From: Octopus vulgaris
Taxonomy: Eukaryota
Reading direction: 5' to 3'
NCBI GenBank assembly: GCA_951406725.2
Contig: OX597819.1
Coordinates: 67,332,001 to 67,396,000 of the forward strand
DNA: 64,000 bases
Below the pieces are notes generated by a model, which saw only the letters and a list, made by a program, of their open reading frames with translations, searched no databases and was not told the DNA's origin. Below are positions 1 to 12,900 of the stretch, one piece after another (the stretch's first letter is position 1; each line of letters opens with the position of its first letter). The translations under genes were made by a program, and so were the position numbers.

Positions 1-319
1 AGCTGTTTCAGAAGCTTGAACTGGAATAAGAAAGTTGTAAAATAATAAAAGAAAATTTGCTTTTTGTCCATAGTGTATTCAACGTTTCGGAAAAATTGGC
101 CAAATTATTCAAAAACAAATAGACTAACACGATTTGATAGAGCGAAAATGGGCTTTAAAATGATATATAATGTCAAAGAAATTTAAGAAGAATTAATTTG
201 AAAATATATAATTTAAGACCAAGATTTAATATTTCGCAAGAACTTTCTTGCGAAACTGATATTCCCATTTACTCCTAATGTAAACGCATAACTTTTTTTT
301 CTACCTTGAGGTAGAACTT

Positions 320-545
320 TCCATAGTCATTAGCGTAAAGTTTCTCCCTCATTGAATTCCAGATTATCTTTGCAATTTCGGCTGGTTATACTCGAGATTG
401 CTCCAATTTGGCCAGCCCGAAGGAAAAACTATGCTAAAAGCATTAGATTCCTTGGAAGAATGCAGCGAATGTATACGAAAATAAAGGTGGGGAAAAAACG
501 GAGAATGTTACACAAGTACAAATAACAGGACATAACAACAGATCT
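320..545 (-). repeat. Dispersed repeat fragment (inverted copy of the element at 22640-23065 and 44950-45255)
   Basis: Reverse complement matches 'tacattcgctgc...ttccaa.gaa.ctaatg...ttagc.tagttttt.ctt.ggc...aagtataa.cagccgaaattg.aagataatctgg' at 22820-22940 and 45095-45215. Confidence 0.6.
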
Positions 546-1039
546 CTCAAGCTGTTTTGAAGTATATTGAAGAGCTGTGGACTACAGTATGTGGTCCTGT
601 ATTGTGATAGTGATGCTGGTATCTTAAGCAGTCTGCAGTGTCGTCCAGTTCTGTTGATATGTGTAACTTTCAATGCCAAAATTGGTACAAGCCCATCGAT
701 GATTTTCCAGATGTGTCATCTGCATAGCTAGTGAGGTTGCTATCTGAGCCGCATAAGAGCATCTCTCAGAAGGCCCCTAAGAATAGCACAGCCCTAAGAC
801 AGTGCACTATGGAACACCATTTATTATTTGTGTTTCCTTTGAGGGGGCAACAGTATTACAAGCAACAGAGGCATTTTAACTCTCATTTCTAGAAATACTG
901 GACTGGCTTGTGCTTCCAGCCACTTTAATGACGGCTTGTTTTGCTTTTTGTTTGCCAATTGCGAATAAACAAACTGTACTACACACACGCACACACACAC
1001 ACAAATACATACAAACACACACGTATATATACATGAGAC

Positions 1040-1384
1040 TGAACAAGTGAAAGAAGCGCATTCAAGAGTGCCAACGAATTTGAATCAGTCCCAGCTGATA
1101 CGATCAACGGAGCAGCCTGCTCGTGAAATTAACGTGCAAGCTGCTGGGCACTCCACAGACACGTGTCCCCTTAACGTAATTTTCAGGAAGATTCAGCGTC
1201 ATACAAAGTGGGAAAAGGAGGGCCCTTTGAAATACAGGTACTACTCATTTTTACCAGCTCAGTGGGCTGGGGAAACATGAAATAAAGTGTCTTCTGCAAG
1301 GACACAATGCGTCGCTGGAAATTGAACTCACGACCTTACGATCCTTAGCCGAACTCTCTAACCACAGAAGCGACGCGCCTTCAC

Positions 1385-1386
<2 letters not shown>
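1040..1386 (-). mobile_element. tRNA-derived SINE
   Basis: Minus strand starts ggtgaaggcgcgtcgcttctgtggttagag (A-box-like) and has gtgagttcaatttcc (B-box-like); ~340 bp; flanked by microsatellites. Confidence 0.7.
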
Positions 1387-1415
<29 letters not shown>

Positions 1416-1420
1416 GTAAA

Positions 1421-1612
1421 AGTAATATGTGACAATTATCCGGTAGCCAAGATAAAACTCCGAGTTACGGATGCCAAGTTGGAAACTTCGAAACTCGGAG
1501 TTTTATCAGGGCTACCGAATAATTTTCACATATTACTCTTACAGATAAATTCCTCTATTTACATAATATCGAGGTCTCTTTCATTCTTTTGTTGTCTTAC
1601 CATTTTTATCGA
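1421..1612. mobile_element. Penelope-like pLTR fragment with 5' inversion (hairpin 1421-1537)
   Basis: Arms 1421-1468 and 1489-1537 are inverted; contains the cgaaactcggagttttatc hammerhead half; 1537-1612 is the reverse complement of the repeat in the GPCR 3' flanks (e.g. 31435-31520). Confidence 0.55.
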
Positions 1613-1614
1613 TA

Positions 1615-1648
<34 letters not shown>

Positions 1649-1754
1649 TGTATGTGTGCATATATGTATATATATATATATATATGTATATATTTATATA
1701 TACATATATATAACATATATATATATATACATATAGATATATATACACACACAT

Positions 1755-1785
<31 letters not shown>

Positions 1786-2324
1786 TATATGCTTCCATAC
1801 GTACATAATATATTAGTCAAATCAAAATATACATATTTGTAGATTACTACAACGCCAATTCACAATCAGAAGTCTTCCTTGGAAAGTAATTACGTTGAGA
1901 AACCCACCAGCCCACTTGTATGCACTATGATTCTAGCCTTGAAATTTCCATCGTGAATTTAGATCCGTGCCCAGAAGCTTAATCGATTAGCATATTAAAT
2001 ACAATCAATAACTCATTTTAAATCATTTCAATCACGATACGTTAAAATGCATCTTTTTCTGTATTTCGGTTTAGGCGAGCATAATGCAAGTTAACAACGG
2101 AAGTTCTCGAGTTACTTAGCAGGAGTCAATCCTTTGGCAGGATGTATCCTCGCCTTTTTTTTTGTTATCAAATAGGATATCGATCCATTTCTACCTTTAG
2201 TGTCTTATCACTGTTGATAATGTTACTTCATCCACATCAATCGACGAGCTCAATCCTCGCTATTATTTTATCGTCTTAGAAGTAGCCTGCCTAATCTTCC
2301 TTCCCCCAACCCCCACCGAAGCCA

Positions 2325-2450
2325 CCGCCATCATCATCATGATTATGATCACCCTCATTATAATAACCCTCCCCATTCTCATTGTCATCTTCCTCCTCCT
2401 CCTCCTCATCATCATCATCATAATCACCACCATCATCCCGACGATGATGG
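2325..2450. repeat. (CAT)n/(CCT)n low-complexity tract
   Basis: Direct inspection. Confidence 0.85.
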
Positions 2451-2749
2451 TGGTCAGAAGTAATACATGAACACTAAAACGTAACTTATCACTATAACTG
2501 TATCTTGATGCACATACATACATACAGACGTGCATGCGCATACAGACTCTCTCTGTGTTATACATACATAGATTTATATAAAAAGGCTGAACACAACTTA
2601 AATGCAGTTATACCAGAAATGCGTTACATGTCAAAGAAGTGGAAGTTTGTGGAGGTATTTTATATTTGTTGCGTAATAGGAAGTGATTATATTTAACTAT
2701 TCCTGCTAACCCACTGGATAATAAGCAAGAAGAAATTAACAAAAGAGAA

Positions 2750-3636
2750 ATGGATGTAATGACCAACAGTAGCCAGGGTGTAAACGATACAAATATCGAC
2801 TTACGTCACGTTTCAATAATTTTATTGACTTTTGGATCTGTCGGAAATTTAGCAGTTATTGCATTATTTTTCGCGAAGAAACTGCGTCAGAATAAAATTG
2901 CTCCATATCTTCATTGTCTGGCTGTTGTAGATTTCAATGACATTTGGATGTTTTTCCTCTAATTAATTTGGCTCATATCTAATTGGCAATCGAATACGGC
3001 TGCTACAGTAGTTTTAAGGAGTGACATTTATAGGTTCATCACTTTTTCTATATATACATATTCCTCCTGGATAACAGTTACCATATCTGTTGAACGTCTA
3101 TTAGCTATGTCTTGCCCATTTTTCAGACTCCATTCTTCACAAACTTACAAGCCTTACATTGTGCTGCTGTTGCTTCTTGTATGTATTGCTGTTACGTACG
3201 CAATACTAATAGTAGTTTTAAAGAATAAAATATATAGCATCTGTGCAGCATACTCCATTTATTCATTCATACCAGCTTTGATTTTAATAATCAGCTCTGT
3301 TTTGCTAGTGTGCAAAATACTTCATCGACCCAAATTCGGCCAGCATGCTCAACGGAATGCCTCAGAGCAATCAAAAAATAGTATTTATGTAGTGATTGCA
3401 ATAAACACACTCTTTCTACTAACAACGTTTCCTATGTTGTGGTGTCACTCCTAAATAGAAGGAACACAGTTATATTGATTTTTTTCAATATGATAGCTTG
3501 TATTAATAATGTTTTCAATTTTATTTTGTATGCTGCGGTAAGCAAGCCATTTCGCGACAGTTTGAAACAAATATTTTGTAAAGAGACTTCAATCAACAGA
3601 AGTACAGTGTATCCGTTGCAGGTGACAACAAACTAA
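2750..3636 (+). pseudogene. Class A GPCR pseudogene (type C, copy 1)
   Basis: Motifs GSVGN, YLHCLAVVD, YSSWITVTISVERLLA, NNVFNFILY, SKPFR; in-frame TAA at 2960-2962 and a frameshifting deletion near 3435 split the ORF into 2750-2962, 3107-3454 and 3439-3636. Confidence 0.9.
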
Positions 3637-3725
3637 GTCTTTCGCTAATTGAGCACATAACCCATTCATTAAGTATCTCCATATATTCCTATTTCTGTCT
3701 TTATATTTTAGTTTACATAATTTAT

Positions 3726-3900
3726 AGGCGTAAGAGTGGCTGTGTAGTCAGTAGCTTGCTTACGAACCACATGGCTCCCGGTTCAGTTCTACTGTGTGGT
3801 ACATTGGACACGTGTCTTCTACTATAGCCTCGGGCCGACCAAACCCTTGTGAGTAGATTTGGTAGACGGAAACTGAAAGAAACCCGTCTATATATGTATG

Positions 3901-3931
<31 letters not shown>

Positions 3932-4146
3932 GCATGTGTGTATATGTTTGTGTCTGTGTTTGTCGCCCCAACATCACTTGTCAACCGATGCTGGTGTGTT
4001 TACGTCCCCGTAACTTAGCAGTTCGGCTAAAGAAACCGATAGAATAATTACGAGGCTTACAAAGAATAAGTCCTGGGATCGATTTGATTGACCAAAGGCG
4101 GCGCTTCAGCATGGCCACAGTCAAATGACTGAAACAAGTAAAAGAG
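3726..4146 (+). mobile_element. tRNA-derived SINE with internal microsatellite (resembles octopus OR/OK-type SINEs)
   Basis: ggcgtaagagtggctgtgtagtcagtag A-box-like, ggttcagttc B-box-like, internal (TA/TG)n, 3' end gactgaaacaagtaaaag; family name recalled, not searched. Confidence 0.75.
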
Positions 4147-4244
4147 AATAATTATTAATCATATGTCGCTTTCGTTTCTTTTTCTTTTCATTTTTGTGGG
4201 TCATTTATATACACATTTTTCATTTTTTTTTCATTTCATTTCTT

Positions 4245-4630
4245 TTATTCTTTATTTGTTTCAGTCAATTAACTGCGGTCATGCTGGAGCACCTACTTTA
4301 GTCGAATAAATCGACTCCAGGACTTATTTTTGTAAGCCTAGCACTCATTCTATCAGTCTGTTTTGCCGAACCGCTAGCTGACGGGGTCCTAAATACACCA
4401 ACGTCGGTTGTGAAGCGATGATGGGATGATAAAAACAGACACAAAAAACAAACACTAACATACATATATATATACGACGATTTTCCCTCTACAAAATCCA
4501 CTCACAAGGCTTTGGTCGGCCCGAGGCTATAGTAGAGGACATTTGCCCAAGTGGCCATGCAGTGGGACTGAACACGGAACCATGTGGTTAGGAAGCAAAC
4601 TTCTTACCGCGCAGTCATTTCTGTGCCTAT
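4245..4630 (-). mobile_element. Same SINE family in inverted orientation
   Basis: Reverse complement matches 3726-4146 (e.g. ccactcacaaggctttggtcggcccgaggctatagtaga). Confidence 0.75.
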
Positions 4631-5954
4631 GTATAAATAGATAAATATACATACATAAATACATAAATATAAGTGTGTGTGTGTACGTGTGTGTGTGTGT
4701 GTGTGTCTGTGTTTGTGTCTGTGTGTGTATGTGTGTGGGCACATTACGTGTATAAACTTCAATATACTATATGCAACATATTAGATGTCAACATTTCCCG
4801 TTTATGATTATGTCATATTTGATCTAATACAATATTTTGTTTATTTTTTCCAAACCAGCGTTAGAAAATATTGTGTAAGCCTGTTTGATAATATCGCAAG
4901 TAGTGACTCTCATAGACAACGACCGAAGGAAGTAACTTGGTGTTTCCCGATATATCTTCACTATTTCATTAGTGCTATAAGTTATTACTGTTTCTTTTAA
5001 ATTTGCAACTCTTTTCTTGTATAATATTTATGAAGTAATTTTATCTTTTCTTCTGTGACTCATCCTGCAAATATCTGAAAGAGGATAACACTCTTCTTAA
5101 ACCCTGAAGAAACTACAGCAGATTCGTTACTGAACCACATGCATGAATTTTGCTTATATCCGCTCTTGCAACATTTAAGATGCAAATATCTTTTCCCGTG
5201 GACTATAACATGGTGTTCAGCAATCAACTCTCATATTTTTCTAAGTGTTTAAAATGGTGATGAGTAACAATGTCGAAAATTGCGAGAAATGTAATCAACT
5301 ATATCCTTATCATCATAACCATCATCACGTTAATCGTCATTGTATCCCTCGTATTTGTCATCGCCGACATCACCCTTTTTTATCGTCATCATCACTGTCA
5401 TAAGGAGATAAATTAGAAGTTGAATCAATGAGACTCAAGAATATATATTAGAAGTTGAATGGATGAGAAAACGCCTATTTTTACGTTAGGTGTGTCTTTT
5501 CCTATTCCACCTACGATTTCATTTCTTCTCCCACTCTCTCAACCTACCTTGCTCTCTGTCACATTCTCTCTACAAAACATCCACGTTCTCTAACTTTCAC
5601 TCTCCTACTCCTTCTCTGTCAACCTCTTTCTCATTATGCTTATCTCCATTCAGAAATCTGTTATTGTATAAGCAATGAATGTTATTTGCTTCCAAACCCA
5701 TCTCCGTACAATATGAATGAGACTAATAACTGAAGTTAGGGTATGATTAGACTATGTATTCGTTCAATAAAGCGTTGTTTCATAAGTAGCATTAACGTGA
5801 ACTAAAAACGAGGCTTAAATGAGATCGTAATAAAGGACATGGTAAATGTATACTTTACGCTAAGATGAAACAGTATGTGGAAACATTGTCAACAATTTTC
5901 ACGTGAATAACCATTTTTACTATTCTTCTAACACAAAAATTTGTTCTAACACCT

Positions 5955-6091
<137 letters not shown>

Positions 6092-6253
6092 CACATGTAT
6101 GAGGTTAGTGATGTGTATATATATTCAATTTTCATTCAGTTTAAAACGGTACGCAATTATTAAGATATAGAATACAATCTGGAAAGTAACGATTATTGAA
6201 AAACAAGGTTAAATTTAATTCTGTTTTGCCAAGAATGCTCTACAAGTTATATA

Positions 6254-7171
6254 ATGGAAACTAACATAACCAAAAAGGATACAGTGACCAACAATAGCTT
6301 GGAAGTTAATCATGCAAATATTTATTTCATTACGCCCATAAGATATGGTTGTATAATGATTTTTACGTTTGGAACTATCGGGAATATAACAGCCATGGCA
6401 ACATTTTGCAGGAAGAATATGCGTAAGAATAAAGTCGTTCCATATATCCTATGTCTAATTTCTGCAGATATAATTTCTATTTTGTTGAATTGTCCAAGAA
6501 TCATATGGACCTCTTATTCTCTACATTTATTGGCTCCAGATACCAATATATTATCCAGTCCAACTTTTGAGATCATCTCATTGTTTTTTAATATATGTTC
6601 CTCCTGGATTACGGTACTCATATCAATTGAACGGCTGGGAGCAATTTTGCATCCCTTTTCTAAAATGAATTCTTCTGGACGATATAAACCTTACATCATA
6701 GTGTTTGCAATTCTTATCTGTGTTGCTATAATTTACGCAATGATTATGATTCTTATAAACAATTTTGAATACAAAATGTGTGTTGCAATCGTATTATATT
6801 CTTTTCTACCTGCTATAGTATTATTCCTCATGTCTATTCTCATGATTTATAAAATACTCCAGCCTTCGAAACTTGGCCAGAATGTTCAACGAAGATCTAC
6901 ATCACAAACAAAAAATTCTGTATACCTAGTGATAACAATTAGTAGTGTGTTTTTGTTTACAACCTTTCCTGTGTCTATACATTACTTTCTAATGGTTTTT
7001 CAGTCACAAAGAGACAAAGTATTTTTCACATTCTTGGATATGTTAGCGTGTGTTAATAACGCTATCAACATTGTTTTATATGCGGCAGTAAGCAAATCAT
7101 TTCGCAAGAACTTGAAAGGAATATGTTGTAAGGAAACCTCTGTGAACAGAAATGCAGTATATTCGTTGTAG
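6254..7171 (+). CDS. Intronless class A GPCR, type B, 305 aa (intact)
   Basis: Seven hydrophobic segments; TM1 GTIGN, TM2 YILCLISAD, TM3 SSWITVLISIERLGAILHP, TM5 YSFLP, TM6 FLFTTFP, TM7 NNAINIVLY, helix 8 SKSFR, C-terminal ICC; N-glycosylation sequons NIT and NNS. Confidence 0.92.
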   Translation: METNITKKDTVTNNSLEVNHANIYFITPIRYGCIMIFTFGTIGNITAMATFCRKNMRKNKVVPYILCLISADIISILLNCPRIIWTSYSLHLLAPDTNILSSPTFEIISLFFNICSSWITVLISIERLGAILHPFSKMNSSGRYKPYIIVFAILICVAIIYAMIMILINNFEYKMCVAIVLYSFLPAIVLFLMSILMIYKILQPSKLGQNVQRRSTSQTKNSVYLVITISSVFLFTTFPVSIHYFLMVFQSQRDKVFFTFLDMLACVNNAINIVLYAAVSKSFRKNLKGICCKETSVNRNAVYSL

Positions 7172-7349
7172 TACACAACTTACTAAGGTTGTTGCCATTC
7201 GAGTTTTTCACCAATTCTGTAAGTATTAATCTACAAAACTGTTTCTATATTTATTATTTACACACATAATTAGTTATATGTTTTTTTTTTCCTTTCTGTG
7301 CTCAAAGTATTCGACAGTTATGCTGACAAACTTTATAAATATATATGTA

Positions 7350-8779
7350 CTAGCTTAAGGTGGCCCGCTCTACGCGCGAGTAAGAGTGTGGTTGTTACTT
7401 TCTGTTGCCTCCTTTCTGTTTTTTATCACCGCATTCTCCCTCTTTGTTTCTCTCTCCTTTCTCTCTCACTTTCTCACTCTCTTACTCTTCCTTTCTCTCG
7501 GACTCTCCCTTGCTTTCTCTTACTCTCTATCTTTCTCTATCTATCTCTCTCCCATTAATAAACAACAAAAATCTTGAGTAAGTAGGAAAAGAAAATATTT
7601 TGAAAGATCAATCATAAATATCAGGCAGTAACAACGGAAAGGTCTACTTCAAGATAGATAGCAAAACACTAACATTTAAAAGGGACAGACGAACTTGCGA
7701 GCTGAATAAAAATTTTAAAAAATATTGGAAACCAAAGTTTGAAGGGATAGAATCTGAGAATAGTAGAGTCACCATAGCTGGCATTTCTTAACGACGGACA
7801 GCAACGTAGTAGCAGTTTAACGGCTGGCGTAAAATTTTGAACTTGATGTAAAACAAAATTCCTAAAAACCAAGTTTTGAAGTGATTCTTTCTCACGACAG
7901 TAGACTCACCATGGCAGGCATTCAAAACTTCTTCATCATGGATGGCAACACATTGACGATGAAAAGGCTGGCGCAAATTTTTTAGTCTGATGTAACAGAG
8001 AATTCCTAAACACCCACTCCTGTAAATTTTAATCACTTTCCAGCCCCATTTAGACCCCTTTTCACATTTTGATTAACATAACCCGATTTCATTCGGGTCT
8101 ACTCGGGCCACATTTTATAAGATGAGGAATGTTGTCCTAGAGGTCACGCTTTTCACTTGAGGGAAGAAATAGTTGCCATGCAAACTCGCCAGCACTTTTA
8201 ACATAGGTGTGCATATTTTCAGCTCAACCGACCGCATAATGCACACATTATATATTACAAATTATATATATATAGATAAATACAGATATATACACTTTGC
8301 ATATATACATATTTATATATAGAACACACACACATACATATATAAATTAACCCAATAAATATCTGATTCATAATATTTGTTCTCATGATTGTGTGGTGGT
8401 GGCGATGATAATTCTCTCTATGAATACAGGCAGACGTACAGAGAGAGTGACAGCGCTGGCGAACCGGCGGGGAAAGATAGTAGGCACTGTGAAACGACGT
8501 TATAGAGAGAAAGTAAAAGGAAGGGTGGAAAGAGAGAGAGTCGGAGGAAGACAGGCTGATAAGAGAATGAGAGAAGACTTGTCAAAGTGTGGGTTTTTTT
8601 CCCTAGTAACCACACATTTTAAGATAGGGATTTCTAACTTGTCCATTCCCATCCTTACCTTCTTTTACATGTCCCTGAAAATTTTGGCGTCAATCCGACG
8701 GGACGTAGTGCCCTTTAACCCGTTCCAATGCCAAAACCAGACAAACAAACTTTTCGCATTTCAGATTTATAGATATTGA
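7350..8779 (-). mobile_element. Non-autonomous Helitron-like sequence (possibly composite)
   Basis: Minus-strand 3' end is a GC-rich hairpin-like segment then CTAG|T at 7350; a TC-ATA-rich 5'-like end followed by tttgtttgtctg lies near 8779. Confidence 0.45.
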
Positions 8780-8856
8780 TATAAATATATATACGTATAC
8801 ATATTTTTTATGAATTTTTGTGAATGTGTGTAGAATAATTTATTCAGCTATATTCA

Positions 8857-8860
<4 letters not shown>

Positions 8861-8937
<77 letters not shown>

Positions 8938-8995
8938 CATATATAAATGTATATATATATATAATATATATATATATATAAATATATATACATAT
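8861..8995. repeat. (AT)n microsatellite
   Basis: Direct inspection. Confidence 0.95.
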
Positions 8996-9434
8996 ATGAG
9001 ACCCTGTACCTACATATGCATGTATGTATACGTATAGAGGTAAGTATATAAATATACGTATGTATATACACATATAAATCTATATATTATTTATATCATT
9101 ATATGATTAAACTACACGCATAATAATTTTGATGCGCATCCTACTATCTTCTTACTCTATCAGTTTACTCTTTCGTATTTTCTCTTTCTCTCTCATTCTT
9201 TTACCTCCCCTTCTCCCATTATTCTATCCTATTGCTCTTTCGTTTTTTCTCTCTTCCTTCTCTTTTTGTTCTACCTCCCCTTCTCCCCCTCCTGTTTTAT
9301 TCTCACTTATCCTATCTCCAATTTTTCCTCTCCACTTCATAGTTCTCTATCTCTCACTCTCTCTTTCCTTCAATCTTTCTCACTTGCTCATGTGGCTCCC
9401 ACGTGACTATCGGCCATCTTTCTTCTCCTAACTT

Positions 9435-12168
9435 GTGTTTTATTCGCAATGCATCCGCATACACGATTCTGGTATGTTGCATGTCTGTAGTGTGGTAAGA
9501 TTTATTCTAGGCATGGTTTTGCCGTATCTTGTTAGAGGTGAATTTTGCCATGCGTACCATTCAACTGGATACTCACCAACAGCATATTCAGCGATGGTAG
9601 TATCAATGGCGACAATCATTGAAGCATCTCCAAGTAGAATGGGTAGTTCGGGGATTACTTTATCAACGTTTTCAATCCGAGGTGCTAAAATAGCTCTCTC
9701 TACGAACCATGATAGGTTTTTGAAGTTGTCTTGCAATGTGGGAAATACCTTTCCTTTAAGCTCGGCCGATGTAGACACCATGTGCCACATTGCAGCACAT
9801 GCTGTTGCAAGATGTTGTTCAATAGTAAGGCGCCGTCTCCAATTTGTAGAAATTGATGAGAAAATTCTTCAGCTAAGGGGTCGTCGTAGAGATGAGCTAA
9901 CATATTCTTGCTTAATGAAAGCTGAAGGACAAACCGCCACAAAGGTGAAAGCATCAGGCATGCATAGTTCTCGCCACATCGCGAACCCCGTTGTGTGTTT
10001 GGTAATATATGACGGGAATCCCCTCCAAGGGCAACAGTTAAGCCCCTCATCCACAAGGGCAGTACTGTTTCTAATATCTCTTAGTGACTTATCTAGGGAT
10101 TCTAGTGCACCACGGTGTGCCATCAAGCATTCATCCAAGAAAATAAGTGTAGTTTGGAGCAGTCAGTGATCGTTTTGAAATATTGCACATTTGGGCATCG
10201 CTAAATTGGGTTTTCTTGAGCAGGAATAGAGGCAGTTTCTTTGCAGCAATTGCTTGTGGAGATAAACTAGAATGTATCCGTTTTGAGGGCATGAGTGAAA
10301 AACTCGAACGATTAAGGAACAATTAAGATGGAAGAATTAGAAATTTGAAGCTGCACATTGTAAAATTTCAGTTTTTAGTAACGAATGAAAAGATGTGAAA
10401 AAATTCATATGTCAATTTGTTATTTTTGACAAAAAGTGGTAAACGGTGAATGATTTGGTTATGTTCTGTCTTGATAAGCGTAATGCATTCTGTTAGCTGA
10501 TATATATTGTGGAGTGGGTTACTGGCGTAACGGAAGTCATAGTTTGTCCAGAAGTGAAGGAGGAGGACATAATTTGCATGAAAATGGCTTATGTTCTTCA
10601 GAAGGATCACAAACTATGTACTGTTTCATCAAATAAAAAGGGGTTAATATGATTTTTTCCAGAAACCACGTTTTCAAAGTTAAAATTCACACCACATTCC
10701 ACACTGAAATTTCCCAATTTTTAACTGCTTTTTAAGTTTGTTTTTTATACACGTGGAAAAATACAGAGATTACCAATATGGGAAATATAATTTGTTTTTG
10801 AAAGTTTGGTGTTTCTGAAAGAAATACTGAATGCCCTTTCCCCACCTCGGCCAACCGTCAGCACCCGCTTTCGAGTGAAATGCAAATCTTCTGCATGGTA
10901 AATAGGAATGTGAGTAAATTGAGAAAATAAATAAGGGTGGTGGGGTACGCTAATTTCATTTTAGACATGCTAAAAACAACAGGTAAAGAACAGGATTTCT
11001 GTGATAACTTCCTTTTAAGTTTAAAAGGAAAGGTTTTGAAATACGTTCATCACAAATAGGAATGACAGAATAGGAAAAGATAATTTCCATAGGATTTGAG
11101 CTGTGATTTATAGCACAACAAGAAATAAGAAAATTCATACAGAACATTAACTGTGTGTGTGTGCCAATGAGGATGATTTTTGCATAATTTCTCAATTCCA
11201 AAAGAAGGAAATGAAGTTAGTGAAGTCGTAACATTTTGATAGCATAAGGTCTCCGAACCACGTAATGAGAAACTGAAAGGGAGAGTCAATGCTTCATTCT
11301 ACGCATGCGGGAAACATGGCACGGAAGTGAAAGTGACCTGAAAATCGTGCGACCGGATCTCATTTTTGGATTTCTCAACATCCCCTTCCCTCCCGCTTAC
11401 CCCCTCTCGTAATGCCTGCTTTCTTTCATTTTCACCTATAGAAATACATACAGCATTAATTTTCTGCCGGTTTTCTTTCACTTTCAACTATAGATAATAC
11501 ATAGGGTATAAACATGACCATATCTCTCTCAACTCATATCCCAAATTATCTTTTATCTTATCCAATAGAAATTTGCTTTCTGTCTCTATTTCTTTCTCTT
11601 TACTCATTGTCTTTTTCTCATTCTGTGTTTCTCTCGCTCATTCTCTAAAAAATTTATTTCATTATACTTTGAGGAAAGCAAAAATTGAAAGAAAAGAAAA
11701 AGCGAAAAGGAAAGACAGAGCAGAAAGTGAAGGAGATGGGAAAGTGAAAGATGTATGTAGATGAATATGAAATAGACGTGTGTGTGTGTGTCTGTATCTA
11801 AGTCTGTGTCTGTGTGCGCATGTGAGCAAGAGAGAAAAAGAGAGAGAGATAGAGAGAGTGAGTGAGTGAATGAGTAAAGGTGTGTGTCGTGATGATGGAT
11901 GTCTTTTAACGTACACCCTCGTATAGAAAATGTGACGTCTTCGTCGTCGTCGTATAAACTTTTTACCATTGTTGACTTATGGAAAAGATTCTAATGTTAA
12001 ACTTTTGTAATGCAAATATGTAAATGAAAATAAAGTTTAGTTGGTAACCGAAATGGTACTGAAACTTTTGATACTCCATATGTCAAAATCGGTAACTCGG
12101 TTTTGGAATTCAAAAAGAACATACTCACACACACATACATACATGCAAACTCCCTTTATAGATATAGA
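9435..12168 (-). mobile_element. Decayed Helitron with PIF1-family helicase remnants
   Basis: Minus-strand fragments DECLMAHRGALESLDKSLRDIRNS (PIF1 motif II) and KVFPTLQDNFKNLSWFVERAILAP; 5' end A|TCTATATCTATAAAG at 12168; 11430-12160 is repeated at 24200-24910. Confidence 0.75.
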
Positions 12169-12419
12169 TTATATATATATATATACATAATCTATATCTA
12201 TCTATCAATCTATATATATATAATCAAAATAAGAAACAAGTATATCCAAGGTAGAGTAGTACAATTATTTCATGCTACTTCATTTTATTAATACGAATGC
12301 ACTGCTTGCCCCGGTATGGGTGTGGCCTAGAAAAGGTGGCCTAAAGAAAGCCTGCCCTACATCGTCTGGCCAGTTTACCTTGGCTTTCAGACTTACCGCG
12401 TTTGCGGTCGATTCCAACT

Positions 12420-12900
12420 AAAAAAGAAGGAACTCTTCGTCGTGACGTTAGCGATGAATTCCATGCTGTGCTACCTCACTTCTCCCCAGTAATGTATTTG
12501 CATCGATCATGTAGATTACATCGTGACAATACAGTCGTTTCTCAAGCCCTGTATCTAGAGAGAGAGAGATAACATTTGAGACTCCGTCCGTATTTTATTA
12601 TAAATCTGCTCATTCTCACTCAACCTACGTTAATCTGGAGTGAATGCCGATAGTTTTCCTCATCATGTTACCGCTAACTTTTCACCTCCAATGTCTCCTG
12701 ATTTAAATCACTTGGACAACAATTGCTGGGGCATCGTTGAGCGGTATTCCGTTAACCATGCTCACAAAATTAGGAATCAGTCATGTCTACCACGGTGTAA
12801 TCTATGAGTTACAAGATCGAAGGGCACCTGATCGATGCAATTAGTCGTTTCACAAATAGTTTGCAACAGTAAATATATTTGAACGTGGTTTCATTTAATA
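12420..12900 (+). mobile_element. Old Tc1/mariner-superfamily transposase remnant in the cassette upstream of type A GPCRs
   Basis: Encodes degenerate PPMSPDLNHLD; best preserved in ORF 28587-28994 (SPDLNHLDYYGWGIVER); repeated at ~17960, 28590, 36600, 48410, 55450 and 61180. Confidence 0.65.

Noticed and set aside
824-1816. Many short ORFs rich in YI/CV/HT repeats (also near 5.9, 8.9, 23, 33.7, 43.3, 59 and 60.2 kb)
   Set aside because: Translations of (AT)n/(AC)n microsatellites, not genes
5095-5145. Possible hammerhead starting ctgaaga
   Set aside because: No properly placed GAAA or stem pairing found
9435-10169. 244-aa plus-strand ORF
   Set aside because: Antisense shadow of minus-strand Helitron helicase remnants
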